Part shown: in pieces, positions 62,579-64,000 of the stretch
Layout of the letters: each line of letters opens with the position of its first letter
How positions within the stretch are numbered: the first letter of the stretch is position 1
Virus record (IMG/VR): IMGVR_UViG_3300024299_000001
Span: 64,001 to 128,000 of that record
Direction: 5' to 3' (one strand)
Source of the DNA: a virus
DNA: 64,000 nucleotides
The notes under the pieces: model-generated
What the model was told of the DNA's origin: nothing
The model's database searches: none
The model's input: only the letters and a program-made list of their open reading frames with translations
Program-made: the position numbers and the translations under genes

Positions 62579-62972
62579 AATGCTTGTGTTGCCCAGCCAA
62601 AGCATTTATTGCTTTGGCATTCTTTTCAATATGTTCTGCGTTGTTTGCTATTAGTACAGCATTACTAGTGGTAGAAACTCTATTAATTCCCATTGCACCA
62701 AACAGAATAACAAATAAACCAACGGCAATACCAATAATTTTAAATGAACTTTGTTTACTGGTTTTGTCGTCAATCTTGGTATACACACCACCGATTCTTT
62801 TGTCACATTTGTCTTCACTTCTTTTCATAAAATCTTTTAAATCTTTTTGAGTTACTGTATGGGCTAAACATACCGCAGTCATTTTAGTAGATAGTTCAAT
62901 GAGAATATCATGATCTGATGCTTTTGTCAGATGATCAGTATAACGTCTTTTAAGTAATTGAGGGGTACTCAT
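62544..62972 (-). CDS. single-pass membrane protein
   Basis: 142-aa ORF with the transmembrane helix IIGIAVGLFVILFGAMGI. Its 3' end overlaps the M23 gene by 35 bp in convergent orientation. Confidence 0.45.
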   Translation of the reverse strand: MSTPQLLKRRYTDHLTKASDHDILIELSTKMTAVCLAHTVTQKDLKDFMKRSEDKCDKRIGGVYTKIDDKTSKQSSFKIIGIAVGLFVILFGAMGINRVSTTSNAVLIANNAEHIEKNAKAINALAGQHKHSKDLSNLPDSD

Positions 62973-62995
62973 AATCAGCTCCGGTGCGCGTTAAA

Positions 62996-63199
62996 TTATT
63001 CTACCCAACCTTCAAAACTATAAGCGATACCTGCACCAGTTGCAGTACCAATTGCTCTTACATCAATATCAGCTGCAGCAACAATAGGTACATGCCTGGA
63101 AGTGTTAAGTGTTGTTTTTACTGTAGTAGTAATCGTCCCCCAAACAAGTGAGGGTACCAGACCAAGTAATAAGATAAAAATTAAAAGTGCACGTTTCAT
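62996..63199 (-). CDS. small secreted/membrane protein
   Basis: 67-aa ORF with the signal-like N-terminus MKRALLIFILLLGLVPSLVWG. Confidence 0.45.
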   Translation of the reverse strand: MKRALLIFILLLGLVPSLVWGTITTTVKTTLNTSRHVPIVAAADIDVRAIGTATGAGIAYSFEGWVE

Positions 63200-63211
63200 A
63201 TTGTTTTCCTT

Positions 63212-63556
63212 TTATGCTGCTAAAACTGCATCATCTTTTACGATAAGAATAAACTGAGACCATAACATTCCATTAACATGATCATTCCCATCATAGACAA
63301 TGAATTCAACTAATTCACCTTTTTTTCTTGAAGCAGCTAGACCAAGGGAATAAGGTTTAATTTCTACTTGACCATTAGGGTTATCCTCAACAAAAGCAAG
63401 AGGATAGGTATCAGAATCATAATAAGTATTCTGATACTTAATTTCAAATTTAAGGAATTGGTTCATTTCAGACTCAGTTAATGTAACCCCATTTTTCACT
63501 AAAGTAATCAAAATAGGGTTACTACGATCTTCATATATTATTGCTTTAGCAACCAT
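63212..63556 (-). CDS. hypothetical late protein
   Basis: 114-aa ORF. Confidence 0.45.
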   Translation of the reverse strand: MVAKAIIYEDRSNPILITLVKNGVTLTESEMNQFLKFEIKYQNTYYDSDTYPLAFVEDNPNGQVEIKPYSLGLAASRKKGELVEFIVYDGNDHVNGMLWSQFILIVKDDAVLAA

Positions 63557-63566
63557 AATTTACTCC

Positions 63567-63953
63567 TTAATCAAGATCTACATCAAAGGCGCCGGCTACC
63601 AATTGAACTGTATCACCAGTAGTTGGGGTCTGATCAATTATGTTGGTATTATCAAATGCCAGCAGATCTCCACCAACACCTGACAAATCATCAACAATAA
63701 AGAGAGAGGTTACCAGGCCCCAGGTTCCGGAAGGAATATCAAACACTATTCCAGTATTATTGGTTGTTACCCCTGCAGCTGCAGCATCGATACTTGAAGC
63801 AGGTACAGGTTCCCGGGCATAATTATTACCAGAGCATTCAGTAACATCCCCAATACCATCTGAATCAGAAATAGTAGCAGTAGCCAAACCAAAATGAATA
63901 GTTGCATTAGGAGAAGCCCAGGCAACATTTCTAAACATTAGGTTAAGCATCAA
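63567..63953 (-). CDS. hypothetical late (virion?) protein
   Basis: 128-aa ORF. The ATG at 63950 overlaps the upstream stop (TGATG), so the true start may be 63950. Confidence 0.45.
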   Translation of the reverse strand: MMLNLMFRNVAWASPNATIHFGLATATISDSDGIGDVTECSGNNYAREPVPASSIDAAAAGVTTNNTGIVFDIPSGTWGLVTSLFIVDDLSGVGGDLLAFDNTNIIDQTPTTGDTVQLVAGAFDVDLD

Positions 63954-64000
63954 GTGTACCGCAACATCAGTAAAGCCATTGGTAGAGGCACCAATTGATA
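63950..64000 (-). CDS. 3' end of an upstream late gene (partial, runs off the right edge)
   Basis: Open frame ...YQLVPLPMALLMLRYT* ending at the TGA at 63950-63952. Confidence 0.35.
   Translation of the reverse strand, partial: YQLVPLPMALLMLRYT

Overview
The window looks like most of an N4-like (Schitoviridae-type) podophage genome, about 36% GC. From 26.2 kb down to 1 on the minus strand lies the late/virion operon in N4 order. It runs from the gp69-position gene through large terminase, appendage/fibre, portal, scaffold-like protein, a 599-aa major capsid protein and internal virion proteins. It ends in a giant virion-encapsidated RNA polymerase (vRNAP). That ORF runs off the left edge and is missing from the ORF track; I found T7-like RNAP motifs by hand translation. 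26.2-27.1 kb is a divergent, repeat- and hairpin-rich control region and possibly the physical genome end. 27.1-32.7 kb (+) is an early region of small genes. It is preceded by a recurring hairpin motif whose template strand reads CC-GGA-GG, as in N4 vRNAP promoters. 32.8-35.6 kb encodes the two-subunit T7-like RNAP II. 36-62.6 kb (+) is the replication and lysis block, and 62.5-64 kb returns to minus-strand late genes. The replication block holds MoxR-like AAA ATPase with VWA partner, SF1 helicase, family A DNA polymerase, RuvC, a PD-(D/E)XK nuclease, a primase/helicase-like protein, a Sak4-like ATPase, an SSB-like protein and a WGR-ligase-like protein. The main finding is at 39.3-40.6 kb. 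A 289-aa protein with an IS110/Nop-like helix-hairpin-helix RNA-binding core and no recognisable nuclease domain is followed 21 bp later by ten tandem units of exactly 36 bp. Each unit is built as conserved 9 nt, unique 9 nt, conserved 9 nt, unique 9 nt. This dual-spacer array is not CRISPR and is unlikely to be an iteron set. As far as I recall, it matches the recently reported TIGR-Tas class of RNA-guided systems (36-nt guides with two short spacers). Second, four homing-endonuclease insertions disrupt replication genes. Three are group I introns with conserved cores that I could recognise, with U at the 5' splice site and G at the intron 3' end. The fourth splits the DNA polymerase with no non-coding room left for a ribozyme. 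Lesser observations include two GC-rich islands next to paralogous wHTH genes, a DUF2829 (Tad2-family) fusion, RadC/JAB, DUF4326, peptide deformylase and a Lar-like protein. All functional calls rest on motifs I read by eye; no database search was possible.
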